A stretch of 64,000 nucleotides of DNA from Eledone cirrhosa (GCA_964016885.1 OZ024742.1:187302001-187366000), one strand, 5' to 3'; positions 28,950 through 42,572 are shown, counted from the stretch's first letter. Translations and numbers: made by a program. Notes: generated by a model from the letters alone, not told the origin.

Positions 28950-29066
28950 AGCGTGTGGCTGAGTGGTTAGAGAATTGGATTTACAATCATGACGTTGTGA
29001 TTTCGTTTCCCGGTCCGGGTGATACGTTATGTCCTTGGGAAAGACACTTTATTTCACGTTGCTCCT
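28950..29066 (+). mobile_element. tRNA-derived SINE family C head
   Basis: GCGTGTGGCTGAGTGGTTAGAG..ATTTCGTTTCCCGG..TGTCCTTGGGAAAGACACTTTATTTCACGTTGCTCC; related to 43585-43850. Confidence 0.65.
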
Positions 29067-29187
29067 TCTACCCTAGAGCTGCGGCCGATAGATAGTATTA
29101 GCAATTGGAAAGACCCATAGAAAAATTGTTTCCTCGGTCCGATCAGACGAAAGTCAATCTACTGTCGATATATATATGTATCAATAT

Positions 29188-29382
29188 TTAGAACGTCGGA
29201 CAATGTGCTTCATGACATGGGAGGCCTCCTCTTTACATCGTGAGTTCAAATCCTGCTGAGGTTAGCTTACCTTTCATTCTTACGGGTTCCATAAAAGAAA
29301 GTACTATTAATGCACGGGGTCGATTGTTCAACTTTCCCCTGCTCCCAATTTGTTGGCCTTGTACCTAAATCAGAAAATAATA
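29188..29382 (+). mobile_element. SINE family A (older copy)
   Basis: B box GAGTTCAAATCC and family A body. Confidence 0.75.
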
Positions 29383-29440
29383 TTTAAGTATATATACATA
29401 TATATGTATCCCGTTTCTCCCCCCTCTCTCTCTTTCTCTA

Positions 29441-29488
<48 letters not shown>

Positions 29489-29546
29489 ATTATTATACAT
29501 AAGATAGCGAGAGAAAGTGTGTGTATATGTACACAAACGCATTAAT

Positions 29547-29603
<57 letters not shown>

Positions 29604-29611
<8 letters not shown>

Positions 29612-30235
29612 TGAATATAGAAGATAGCTAATCACAAATATAAACATACATGTGTTCGATTGTAAGGGACCAAGTTCACTAGGGTGAACAAAATACTAAC
29701 TATAACAATATGGTTTGCCAGACTCAATTTAAAGTAATAAATCAAGAAAAATAAGAACAAACCTATATTGGGCAACTGACTGAAACACCCAGACAGCTTA
29801 GCTGTTTCGCAAATTATTTAGCAAAGTAAATCACCAATTTTCTGCTCTTCAGTGGGAGTAAAAATTAGTAATCTCTTCACTTCTAAGTATATCAGCAGAC
29901 TGAATAGTGTGCGAATATAAAATAACGCACATGGTTTACACGACATTTAAATTAGCTCTACAAGAAGGAGCTGACAACATTAGGTATTGATATAGGAACT
30001 CAAAATAGTCTCATACAGAAAATTGGTGATTTGCTTTGCTAAATAATTTGCGAAACAGCTAAGCTGTCTGGGTGTTTAATTAATAAGTGTTTAATTAATA
30101 ATTCGAACACATGTATGTTTATATTTGTGTTTATCTCTCTTGTATATTCAATTATATTATACGGCTCAGAAAAACTTCTTTCTTTGAGCTATTTAACTGT
30201 ATGATACTACTTTGAGCTCCTAACTCAATACCTGA
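29604..30235. mobile_element. Mosaic fold-back with hammerhead; same family as 61470-62022
   Basis: Inverted blocks 29606-29660/30100-30157 and 29783-29844/30016-30077; flanked by TA tracts. Confidence 0.82.
29786..29858 (-). ncRNA. Type I hammerhead ribozyme motif with stable stem III
   Basis: CTCCCA-CTGAAGA-GCAGA...TTTGC-GAAA-CAGC TAA GCTG-TC-TGGGTG: canonical core and GUC site. Confidence 0.88.
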
Positions 30236-30591
30236 TATATATATATATATATGTGTGTGAGTGTGTGTGTGAGTGTGTTAATGCGTTTGTGTAAGTATAC
30301 ACAGACTTTCTCTCGATATCTTATGTATAATAATCGCATGTTAATTATATGTAACCAAAAACAACTTTTTAAATCAATCTAAAACAGTCGAAAGTTTTTT
30401 AAATTTCAATTATAATATATTTCAAGAAATATATTAGTTTTGTTATTGAACAGACACAGACACACACACCCACAAAGACACACACACTTATATATATCCA
30501 GAGTCCCATACATAAATACATAAAAACTTACACACACACACACAACACGCACACATATATATATATATATTTATATATATATTTATATATG

Positions 30592-30664
<73 letters not shown>

Positions 30665-30667
<3 letters not shown>

Positions 30668-31018
30668 ATTATCCAAGATGTAGTAATGGTTAATTACTAC
30701 ACTGGATATGGTTGACGTACGGTAAGAGGTTACTCTACGAGTTATGGAAGAATTGTTCAAGAAACTTAGTTCCTGATCCTTCAGTATTCCGGAGTGTATA
30801 TAAAGAATGAATAATAACAGGTAGACATCATAAAAAGGTAATTTATTCCGTGTGCTTACAAGTGTTTCCACGGTGGTACTGCAGCCTTGGATATTCGAGT
30901 TCTGCAAGTACTTGTGAATTTGCACGTAGCGGAACTAGGCTGCAGTACCACCGTAGAAACACTTGTAAGCACACGGAATAAATTACCTTTTTATGATGTC
31001 TACCTGTTATTATTCATT

Positions 31019-31027
<9 letters not shown>
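30665..31027. mobile_element. Fold-back, arms ~30797-30888 and ~30938-31027; same family as 11775-12688
   Basis: Shares tail GGATTAT.C..GATG.AGTAATGGTTAATTACTACACTGGATA with 11775. Both arms are truncated inside hammerhead stem II; (TA)n on both sides. Confidence 0.88.
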
Positions 31028-31088
<61 letters not shown>

Positions 31089-31908
31089 ATGTGTGTGTGT
31101 ATGTATGTATATGTGTGTTTGTGTGTGTGTGTGTACGCATGATGTATTATTTTTATTCGTATTTGTGACGTTTCTGTTCCATTCCCTCCATAACTTGATT
31201 GAATTTACGACCTGTTTTAATAAAAAAATAATTGTTTCACATTTTATTTTTATTAGCTTTAGTTATTTGAGATTGTAAATTGAAAAGAAAAGATATTTAC
31301 CAGAACTACCACTGGCATTGTTATTTAAAATAGAATTTAAAAAATGTACTTTAGCCTACGACATCACGCCATTTTGAAGTTGTAAAGTCATTTTTATGGC
31401 CTTATTTACATTTCAAATTAATGTCACGTGCAATCGCGTACTTTGTTTGACTCGTTGGAAAATATCGATTTCAAATTTAAGTACAAGACCAAGAAATTTG
31501 AAAAAATGGCATACACCTTCAATCAATTTTCTGACTTAGTTGGCGGGTATATTATCTAAACAACCATACGGAAACACGTCTTTGATGGGCTTTATATATA
31601 CTAGCGTTCTTGCTAGTATTCTGAAATGGACGCAATAATTTGCATATACTTAGCACTCGAGTTGGCAGTTAATATATATATATATTAAGAAGTGCGCTAA
31701 GCAGCCGAAGTATACGATAAACTTATATCTATAATTATACAGAGTGGGAAACCGAGACTGCTCCAATGTGTATATAAATATCACAATTTTTGATATGCAG
31801 ACATGAACATTTCAGTGGATCGTGGTTCATGAGTTGGTATACCAGATCATCCATTGTATGCCACAGTTTTTATTAGTATTTCGATGAAACTAATTACTAT
31901 AGAATATA

Positions 31909-32106
31909 TAATTATTTCTGATTTAGACACAACGCCAACAATGAAATTGATTTCAGTGCATTATTGGTGCTTTATGTATCGTTCCCATAAAGATGAAAGG
32001 TTAAGCTACCCTCGGCAGGATTTGAACAAAGAACGTAAAGGGGTGAAACACTATGCCAGAAAGCATGTTGTCCGACGCCCAGCCGATACCGCCAATTCAT
32101 CGCCCT
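31909..32106 (-). mobile_element. SINE family A (older copy)
   Basis: CCTCGGCAGGATTTGAAC..TCCGACGCCC..CGATACCGCCAATTCATCGCC. Confidence 0.75.
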
Positions 32107-33008
32107 ATAGGAATATATAATACAACGATGCGAAGCACATTGTGTTCAATAAGCCATGTTCGCAAACACACACACACGTAAAGATACACATACACGTTTC
32201 ATGCGATAGGAAAGAAATGTCTATGTCAACATGTATACATACCTTATATGTGAATTCATAGATATCTTTCAGATTATGTAAAATAATGAAGGAATAGATT
32301 CTATGTAATCATGTGTTGTAACATGACAGTATATTGATATTATGTCATACAGTGATTTACGGTTTCTCAAGTTTTACTAAAGATCATATAATATAGATAG
32401 CAATTGTAATTATAGAAGTGGATACAAGATAGGTTTACACAGTCCTGTATGGTTGTTAGAAATACATTTTGCATAGTACAGTAAGGAAGATAGAAAGAGA
32501 GAGCTAATATAGTGAGAAAGCGAGCGAGAGGGAAAGAGAGATGGTGGTGGGGGGGGGGGGGGCATAGAAAGAGAGCTTGATGGATGTAAATTTATAGTTC
32601 TGCTTTCCATACACAGAGAAAATATTGTAACATATTGAAATGAGGAGCAAATAGGACATTTAAGTATTCTTATTCGGTTTGCCTTATCGGACATAATCCA
32701 TCACTTGGTTCTGCACCATTACATGGCCCTTGGATGCCTATAGCAACATCTGCAACAATTCCAACCATGCTTCCACTTGGAGAATATATTCATCACCTCT
32801 CCTCCCACCAGTCACAGGTCCCTGAAAGTAGTGATGGGTAATGCCCTTCTCATGATTATGCGATAAAATAAGACTGATGAAGAGAGAGTGTCACTAGCTG
32901 CTCACTGCGACAATGCTTTCGCAATTTTAAGATATACCACCTAGACAGATGTGCAGGCGTTGCTCGATGTTTTCCGTTCTCTTTTCATTATTTAATCCCT
33001 AATATCTA

Positions 33009-33385
33009 GGGTGGTGGATTGGCAGTATCGGTAGAGGGTCGGACGCCATGCTTTCCAGCATAGTTACGTCCCTTTACGATCTGAGTTCAAATCCCACCGA
33101 GGTTGACTTTGCCTTTCATCCTTGCGGGGTCGATAAAATAAAGTACCAGTAATGCACTGGGTAATTGCTGGCCTTGTGCCTAAAGTAGAAACAATTATTT
33201 AATCCCTAAATTATTTAAAGGGCCATGGATTCTCAGTATCGGTAGAGCCTAGGATACCATGTTTTGTAGCATAGAGTTATGGAACTTTATGTTCTGTGTT
33301 TAAATCCAGTTGAGGTTAGCATTGCGTTTTATTTTTACGGGGGTCGATAAAATAAAGCACCAGTAATGCACCGGAGTCGATTTAA
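33009..33385 (+). mobile_element. Two tandem SINE family A copies (33009-33199 and 33220-33385)
   Basis: The first is near consensus with A and B boxes; the second is diverged. Confidence 0.88.
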
Positions 33386-34142
33386 TCCATTTCTTCCCCT
33401 TTCCTCTTTTTCGCCCTTACTGTTTATTATTTTAATGCTTATTTATAAGTACTTTCATCATTGTATACGTTTTCTGTTTAACAATAAATTCATCTTATCA
33501 ATGAATTCAACATTTAATCCGTCGTCCCCATTTAACACCCCCACTAGGAATATAGGCGCCTTTACCAGAATACCCTCTATGTTATAAACAGAAGCTAAAC
33601 CGCTTCCATTTCCTTGTCACTAATTTTGTCGTTACAGTGTAGTGTCTATCATATAAAATTAACTATTCCATTACAGTAACACTGTATTTAACGACGTATA
33701 GATGACATATACAGTTTCTATATCGATATTGAAAAGCATCATTTGATACATAGTCTTGCAAGGAATGTGTCTAGTTTTCAATCAAATTACGGTGTCTGTT
33801 CTGTATTATTCGACTGTAAATTTACAATTTAGCATGATATCTGATCCAACTACCTAATAATTGAGGGATATACAATGCGATATTTATCAATCTTATGGTT
33901 AACTTTATCTTTAACGTTTCTAAACATTGTCTTGAAGCATCCTAAATAAATCCGGTCATGCGCTGTTAAGATTAATTGATAGAGAGGGGAATAGGATAAG
34001 TATGATTGTGTGGGTTCACTCCCTTTGCGATGCACACAAGTATTTTCAACTATAGGCACGGGCTTCTGAGCTAAATTTGGTAGAAGGAAACTGTGCGAAA
34101 GACCGACGTATAAGTATAAATATATATATATATATATATACA

Positions 34143-35330
34143 TAGGAACCAGTAAGACCCCGACGGCTGAGCTCAAGCCGTTTCGACGGCTAATTCTGGA
34201 CTAAATGAAAATTAATCCTGGTATTTAAATAGCCGAGCTTCTCAAGGGGTAATTCCATATATGGTCAAAGTGATTGTCAATAGTTAGTAGTAATTCAGTG
34301 ATGGCAAATTAGTAGGGGAGATGGTGGCTAAACCTGTCAGTAGGAGAAAAAGGGGGATGGGGTGGAGTAGACCCAATCATGCGTTGGTAGTGCCGGCTAC
34401 AGCTGGGCAAGAGGTCAAAGAAGATACTGGGGAGGGGGAGAGGGAGGAAGTCGAAACGGTAGGTAGAACAATGAGGGGTAAAAAAGACTGAGAGTGAAGA
34501 AAAGCGAATAAGTGTAAAGAAAAATGAATATATAAGCAAGTTCTACGACCTAAGTCTCTAGCTATTGTTAGGCTAGATAAATAAAAAAATAAATAAAGAA
34601 AGAAATAAAGAAAGAAATTAAGAAATAACGAAATAAGTAAATAAACTAGGTGGGACGGAATAGGAAGGGACCCTTTTAAGAGGTATAAGTACGTAAATCA
34701 TACGGTGACGGGTCAACAAGTGGGGCCAAAATACTAAAGAAACTACCATGAAATAAATAATAAAGGTTTCTACCCCGGGCACACTTATTCGCTTTTCTTC
34801 ACTCTCAGTCTTTTTACCCCTCATTATTCTACATACCTACTGGCCTTGTGCCAAAAGTAGAAACAATTATTCTACCTACCGTTTCGACTTCCTCCCCCTC
34901 CCCCTCCCCAGTATCTTCTTTGACCTCTTGCCCAGCTGAAGCCGGCACTACCAACGCATGATTGGGTCTACTCCACCCCCTCTCCCTTTTTATCCCACTG
35001 GCAGGTTTAGCCACCATCACCCCTTCTAATTTGCCATCACTGAATTACTACTAACTATTGACAATCACTTTGACCATATATGGAATTACCCCTTGAGAAG
35101 CTCGGCTATTTAAATACCAGGATTAATTTTCATTTAGTCCAGAATTAGCCGTCGAAACGGCTTGAGCTCAGCCGTCGGGGTCTTACTGGTTCCTATTACC
35201 CACTCTACTACCCTAAGTATTGAGTACTTTGGTGCGTTATGGTCCACCTGGTTCCTTACCACACTTCCTTCGTTATATAACGTCAATACTCTACTCTTTT
35301 CCATTTCTCCGAGGGTTCTTAACCCCATTA
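34143..35330. mobile_element. Fold-back with hammerheads, arms 34143-34516 and 34781-35195, right-only tail to ~35330
   Basis: ~375-bp highly similar inverted arms, left end in (TA)n; related 3' piece at ~53209-53310. Confidence 0.9.
35088..35181 (+). ncRNA. Type I hammerhead with U3-A8 covariant core (mirror copy 34157-34250, minus strand)
   Basis: ACCCC-TTGAGAA-G CT CGGCTA...TAGCCG T C-GAAA-CGGCT TGAGCTC AGCCG-TC-GGGGT: stems I and III perfect, GUC site. Confidence 0.8.
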
Positions 35331-35407
35331 TCAGGCTAAATAATTTCTTTAGTCAAAATACGGCGATAACTTATATTTCTAATATATATATATATATACA
35401 TATTTCA

Positions 35408-35700
35408 TATAGAAATAGCTTCTACGTGACTAGAACTGTTTCATTCGAAGGAAATCATCAGGAAAGCCGACTGTCAAAGTGTTATGGTGGTATTTATACA
35501 TTTTCTGGTGGTAGGGGAAGGTGGTGATTAGGATGGGTGGAGGTATTTATACAGAACATGTATAAATACCACCATAACACATTGACAGTCGACTTCCTGA
35601 TAATTTCCTTCGAATGAAACAGTTCTAGTCCCGTAGAGCTATTTCTATTTTAAATATTTATACTCGGCTATGTATTGAGTACCTTACTTCTAATATTCTT
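35408..35700. mobile_element. Fold-back, arms ~35408-35498 and ~35543-35648
   Basis: TAGAAATAGCT..GTGTTATGGTGGTATTTATACAT is inverted. Contains CTGATGA-TTTC CTTC GAAT-GAAA (hammerhead-like, stems I and III unclear). Confidence 0.8.
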
Positions 35701-36042
35701 TGTTATGACTTGTATCTTGTGTGATGATCCTGGAAGTACACAGGTGAAACACCATAGTAAAAAGACTCATCTCATAGCCCAAATAAAGAATATTGTTAAT
35801 ATCTACTTCGATATTGTATACACATACATGTGTGTGGTGTGGTGGGATGTCTGTGTTAGTTTGTCCGTGTGTGTGTATTTGTCTCATATCTTTAAAGCTT
35901 GACAAATGCGGCTCAAGAAAATGATTACTATACTTGAAATTATAAATGCTGAAGTGGATATCGTCGACTAAAAATTCTTGAAAGCTTTGCTCCAGCATGG
36001 TCACCATCCATTAATTGAAACCAGGAAAAGATTATAATAAAT

Positions 36043-36230
36043 TAATTGTTTCTACTTTAGGCACAAGGCCAGCAATACCAATGCATTACTGGTACTTTAT
36101 TTTATCGACCCCGTAAGGATGAAAGGCAAAGTCAACCTCGGCGAGATTTGAACTCAGATCGTAAAGGGACATAACTATGCTGGAAAGCATGGCGTCCGAC
36201 TCTCTACCGGTACTGCCAATCCACCGCCCT
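36043..36230 (-). mobile_element. SINE family A, full length
   Basis: Reverse complement of the 33009-type copy. Confidence 0.9.
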
Positions 36231-36559
36231 TAATAATAAATTAATGAGGGTTAGTTCTTCTTATTACTTACTATAAATATTTTTTTTTTGATAAGTTTGA
36301 GTATTCTGTCCACAGATTAAGCATTATGAACTTTCCAATATTAAGTTAGTATTTTATCTGCAAGGGAAAATTCTAGATGAATAAACAAATAAGGAACAAA
36401 AACCCACCCCAGGTGATCCAGAGTTTGTGGTAACCATAGCAGCTGCTGTATCAATAACTAAAACGATAGTGTTCATTGTCGTATAGAAATAGTGTCATCA
36501 ATAACAATAATATCATCACCATCAATATTGTTGACAGTTTCTTTAATTCATTATTTCAA

Positions 36560-36693
36560 ACGTCCCTTTACAGTCTGAGTTCAAATCCCGCCGAGGTTAA
36601 CTTTGCCTTTCATCCTTACGGGGTCGATAAAATAAAGTACCGTTAATGTACTGGGTAATTGGTGGTCTTGTGCCTAAAGTAGAAACAATTATT
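36560..36693 (+). mobile_element. SINE family A, 5'-truncated
   Basis: B box and body through ACAATTATT. Confidence 0.88.
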
Positions 36694-36817
36694 TCAAATA
36701 ATCTCCATCTTAATAATAGTTCTCCATGCCTAAATCTGGAAAATATCTCAGTGTTTTAATAAAATAACGAGGTTTATGTTGATAATAAGGGCCAAATTCA
36801 TCTTATACTCTCACCTG

Positions 36818-36875
<58 letters not shown>

Positions 36876-38349
36876 AAAGTTTTTATATGTATAATAAACC
36901 CAAAACAATGCAGGTATGGATATAGAATAAAAAATGCAAATGCAAAAGATATTGTTGACAATTAGTCTTTTACCTTAGATGTATTTAAATGTCCTTAATT
37001 TTCGAGATAATATCTTTTCTTCGGAGGGAAGTAAAGCGGTTAAACCAGTGTTATAAATAGCTTGCCAAGTCATGCTGACAGGAAATGGTATTGAGTATCT
37101 GTTCTATCTCTAATGTCAAAGTGTTAAGATTAGGTGGATAAAGAGTAGTCTCCCTTTAAAAGTGTTTTTTTTTTTGTACATGCCTGTTTAAGTGTGTGGG
37201 AGAATGCATGAAGGTGTAACTATGTGAGTGCGTGTGTGTGAGTGTGAGACGATACGTGAGAAGATACGTAAATGTGGGGGATAGATGTTATCTCGGGTTA
37301 GAACTGGTCTTTGTGTGTGTATGTGTATGTGTGAGAGAGAATCAGTGGAGGTGAAAGCGTGTGTGTGTGTGTCTGTGCGTGCGTATGTTGTGTGCGTGTG
37401 TGTGCGTGTGTGTGTGTGGGGTGTGTGTAAATATGGGGCTAGAAGCTCTATCAAGTTATAAATTGGGTGTTGAGTTCTAGTCTATTATTGATTGGTGGTT
37501 GTGTTTTGTCTATAATTAGTGCTTCCTTAATTCTAAGATTGCCGAGATTTCTTTCCTTAGTTTCTATCCTAACTGTTATGGTTTTGTCGGTGTTTTTGCA
37601 TTTAACTAGGCGTTTCTTAAATGAGGAAGCGTTAGTATTGAGGTGTTCTTTTATTCTTATGTGGAGTGGTCTGGTGGTGCTACCTACGTAGAAGTTGCTG
37701 CATTTGTCACACTCTAGTCTGTATACGACGTAAGCCTGGTGCATAGGTCTGTGTCGTTGATGGGGCAGTTGGCTAGCCTGCAGCAGTTGCCATGACTGGT
37801 GGAGTGTCTTTTGGTTAGCTGTCCGCGTAGAGAAGGACCTGAGTGGGCCAGTTGGATATCTAGTCCCTCTCGTCTGATAGCTCTACGGATGGCTGTTGTT
37901 GTTTCGTCACTGAAGTGTGGGAGCTTCAGGAAGCAAGTGTTAGTGCCTCGGGTGTGGTGTCCTCTGTTCTTTCTGGCACGGTTTGTGGTGGATGTCGTGT
38001 ATCCGTTCAGTTTGAGTACTTCCAGGAAATGTGTGGTATGTGTGTCTCGGTCTCTAGCGTCGGTGCATTTGTTCCAGATACGTGTAAGTTCGTTCCTATG
38101 TATGCGAACTTAGCGCCGGCTGGGAGGGCCGATCTGAAATGTACGAACAGGTCCCTGCTGGCGGCTTTTTTATAGAAGCGGGTGTGGATGTTGCCTTCCT
38201 CTGTTACCCTGAGTTGGAAGTCCAGTAGGGATAGGGATCCGCGGTCATCGGGGTGTTCCATGCTGAACTTTATACTGGCGTCCATGCTGGAGAATGTTGT
38301 ACATATTTTATCTGCCTCCTCACGGGATGATGTAAGAATGAGTATGTCA

Positions 38350-40521
38350 AAAAAATTTCTCAAACTCAGCACGGCTAACCGTCTTAACAACATCCCAACT
38401 CTAAGCACCAACAGAGACGAACAAGACGCTACCAACACCGAACCTAGCAGCGCCCCGACCAACAACACACCTGACGCAAAACACCTCGTCTCAGACTTCA
38501 CAGGATCCCTCTCCCGAGAGGAATTAGACCTCCTTAGCCTGGGTCCCTTGTTCATATTGAAACAGAGACTGGGCGACAAATTATGGCTCGACATAGAAAC
38601 GAAATTCTGTCGGGCTGCCTACCAACTAAAATGGATATCGACTCTCGGCAACAACACCACAGAATCTAACAAACCCAGATTCCCGATATACCAACTGGAT
38701 CGCCCACTCTGTCCACCACCTGCCAACCGCGAGCTTGAAGAAAAACTCTCGAGGCTAAAACATTCCGTATTTAACATCTTACGGAAACAGAAGAAGATAG
38801 CCCCAAACCTCTCCAGGACACAACAACTCGCCCTGAAGAACCTACAAAATAGGTAACTTATATACTTACCATCCGACAAAGGTAAATAGTTTTGCGTCAT
38901 CTCTCAAGCCACATACAACAACCTAGCCTTTGAACACCTAAGCGACAATGCATTATATACAGAGATCCCGGACATGACTACAGCCCAGATCGAAAAGCAG
39001 ACCAACTCCATCTGGTTCGATATCTGTAGGAGAAGACAACTCCCAAATAAAGTTAAGCTCAACTACACCACTAGAAATAGCAGACTGCCCACTTTCTACC
39101 ACCTCATCAAGACCCACAAGAACAGTACTAAGACGCAAATAAGACCCATCGACTCTAGCATAGAAGGACCCCTATACAACATTTCCTGGCTCCTATCCCA
39201 GGTCCTCAAGCCTCTACTCTCCACCTTTCCCGGGCATGTCAGTAGCTCCGAGGAAGTTATACGTAGACTACACCAACTCCAGCCAGAACAACTTAAACTA
39301 AACAGATACGCCTTTAGCCTCGACGTTGTCTCCCTCTACACTACAGTCTCCGCTCATCCAGCTGTCGATTTATTGACGGACTGCGTGGTCACAGAGGACA
39401 TCCACTGCTACGGCCTCCATCCGACGGACATACACCAGCTTTTGTCCTTCACAGTAGACAACACGTACTTCACCTTCCACCACCGCACATACAGACAGAC
39501 AACATGATTACCCATGGGATCAAGCCTATCGGGCCTGCTGGCCATCACCTATATGAACCAGCTAGAATGCCGAGCCCTCAACACCTGCCATTCCCATACC
39601 TTCTTCACCCGATATGTAGATGACATACTCATTCTTACATCATCCCGTGAAGAGGCAGATAAAATATACACAAAATTCTCCAGCATGGACGCCAGTATAA
39701 AGTTCAGCATGGAACACCCCGATGACCGCGGAACCCTATCCCTACTGGACTTCCAACTCAGGGTAACAGAGGAAGGCAACATCCACACCCGCTTCTATAA
39801 AAAAGCCGCCAGCAGGGACCTGTTCGTACATTTCAGATCGGCCCTCCTAGCCGGCGCTAAGTTCGGATACATAAGGAACGAACTTACACGTATCCGTAAC
39901 AAATGCACCGACGCTGGAGACCGAGACACACAGACCACACATTTCCTGGAAGTACTCAAGCTGAACGGATACACGACATCCACCACAAACCGTGCCAGAA
40001 AGAACAGAGGACACCACACCCGAGGCACTAACACTTGCTTTCTGAAGCTCCCACACTTCAGTGACGAAACAACAACAGCCATCCGCAGAGCTATCAGATG
40101 AGAGGGACTAGATATCCAACTGGCCCATTCAGGTCCTTCTCTACGCGGACAGCTAACCAAAAGACACTCCACCAGACATGACAACTGCTGCAGGCTAGCC
40201 AACTGCCCCATCAACAACACAGACTTATGCCACCAGGCTTACGTCGTATACAGACTAGAGTGTGACAAATGCAGCAACTTCTACGTAGGTAGTACCACCA
40301 GACCACTCCACATAAGAATAAAAGAACACCTCAATACCAACGCTTCCTCATTTACGAAACACCTAGTTAAATGCAAAAACACCGACAAAACCATAACAGT
40401 TAGGATAGAAACTAAGGAAAGAAACCTCGGCAATCTTAGAATTAAGGAAGCACTAATTATAGACAAAACACAACCACCAATTAATAATAGACTAGAACTC
40501 AACACCCAATTTATAACTTGA
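38350..40521 (+). pseudogene. PLE RT + GIY-YIG polyprotein, single frame with four premature stops, 5'-truncated
   Basis: ILPSDKG, KTHK..IRPI, FSLDVVSLYT, (G)LPMGSSLSGLLA, RYVDD, LLDF, FYKK..HFRSA, CCRLANCPI..LCH, VVY..FYVG..RIKEH..KEAL..PINNR. Stops at ~38854, ~38887, 39505 and 40099. Confidence 0.93.
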
Positions 40522-40916
40522 TAGAGCGTCTAGCCCCATATTTACCCCCCCCCCCCAGAAACGCACACACATACGCACACATATACGCACACCCACACAC
40601 GCTTACACCTCCACTTATTCTCTCTCACACATACACATACACACACAAAGACCAGTTCTAACACGAGATAACATCTACCCCCCACATTTACGTATAGACA
40701 TATCTTCTCACACTCACACACACTCACATAGTTACACCTTCATGCAATCTCCCACACACTTAAACAGGCATGTACAAAAAAAACCTTTTAAAGGGAGACT
40801 ACTCTTTATCCACCTAACCTCAACTCTTTGACATTAGAGATAGAACAGATACTCTGTACCATTTCCTGTCAGCATGACTTGGCAAGCTATTTAGAACACT
40901 GGTTTAACCGCTTTAC

Positions 40917-40956
40917 TTCCCTCTGAAGAAGAGATATTATCTCGAAAATTAAGGAC
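40917..40956 (+). ncRNA. Possible minimal hammerhead in the pLTR (mirror ~36992-37032, minus strand)
   Basis: CCT-CTGAAGA-A-GAGAT ATT ATCTC-GAAA-AT-TA-AGG; the extra A and very short stems I and III weaken the call. Confidence 0.4.
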
Positions 40957-41113
40957 ATTTAAATAAATCTAAGGTAAAAGACTAATTGTCAACAATATCT
41001 TTTGCATTTGCATTTTTTATTCTATGTCCATACCTGCATTGTTTTGGCTTTATTATACATATACAAAGGTTTATACCTCATTAAACAATGGTTCAAGTGA
41101 ACTATAACCTCCT

Positions 41114-41240
<127 letters not shown>

Positions 41241-42060
41241 CGAGGAAGTTTCGGTTATATATGAAAAATATTTATTGTGTATCGACCTGTTATGCACGTT
41301 TCGCAGAGAATTGGCTCAATGTGATTCATAGGTGTTATGGACCCGAATACAGCATCGATCTGCTCGTCAGAATGGTAATGTGACACAATATATATATATA
41401 CATTTGTATTATGATATATATACATATATAATATACTTTTCTTTATACATTCTATATAAATATTATAAAAGGTTATGGTTTAACATTTTACACGTGGATT
41501 GTTCGCCAAGATTCTAGTCTGGGTAAAGATTTTGTTGAAAACCGGGAGTTGCTCATGCATGCCAGTGTTTCCCCATCCTCACCACCGATGAAGGCCAAGG
41601 GAAAAGCAAAGACTGGTGTAGTTTGGCACATGTGCCATCATTAGTCGACTGGAGAAAAGTGCAATAAATTGACTGCTGAAGGATTCATGGTGCTGTCCGG
41701 TCCGGACATTTTACTCACGTCCTTACGGCCGCCTGTAAAACCGAAATAAACGCCTGGCTATGTTTAACCTGGTCAAACGTAGTAAATGGATGACTGAAAC
41801 CAACTCATTTTAGAAGTGATTTAGCAGTATAAGAAAAGAAAAAGGGTTCCTTCTGAAAATCGATATCCTAGTAACTGACAGATTCTCCATTCTCTCGGCC
41901 AGGACACATAAACAAGCGTAGGGTAAGTTATATGGTGGTGGAAGTTACTCGTTCGGACGTCACTTCCATTCACATTTCAGAAACTTTACAAAGGATAAAG
42001 CCATTTAGAATTGTTTTCATCACTTGCTTGAATGTGAACATTAGATATGTGTTTTTTTTA

Positions 42061-42243
42061 AATAATTGTTTCTACTTTTGGCACAAGGCCAGCAATAACC
42101 CAGTGCATTACTGGTACTTTATTTTATCGACCCCGTAAGGATGAAAGGCAAACTTAACCTCGGCGGGATTTGAACTCAGTCCGTAAAGGCACGTAGCTAT
42201 GCTGCAAAGAATAGCGTTTGACCCTCTACCATACTGTCAATCG
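42061..42243 (-). mobile_element. SINE family A
   Basis: Reverse complement of the consensus body and head. Confidence 0.88.
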
Positions 42244-42464
42244 ACCTAATATTTCTGTCAGGTTGTCGGCGACGGCCCAACTTTAAAAGAAATAGATTCA
42301 TCCCAAGTATTTGAGATTATAATTGCATAAAATATATGATTAAATAACTCCGTGTAGACATAAAAGTAAATTGTCGCAGGTGCTGTTATTGTCTTTATTA
42401 ATTCATTTTTCTTCAGTTCGCACGATTGAAAATTTGATTATCTTCCCATAAAATGTTGCATCTT

Positions 42465-42506
<42 letters not shown>

Positions 42507-42518
42507 GGTATATATATA

Positions 42519-42572
<54 letters not shown>

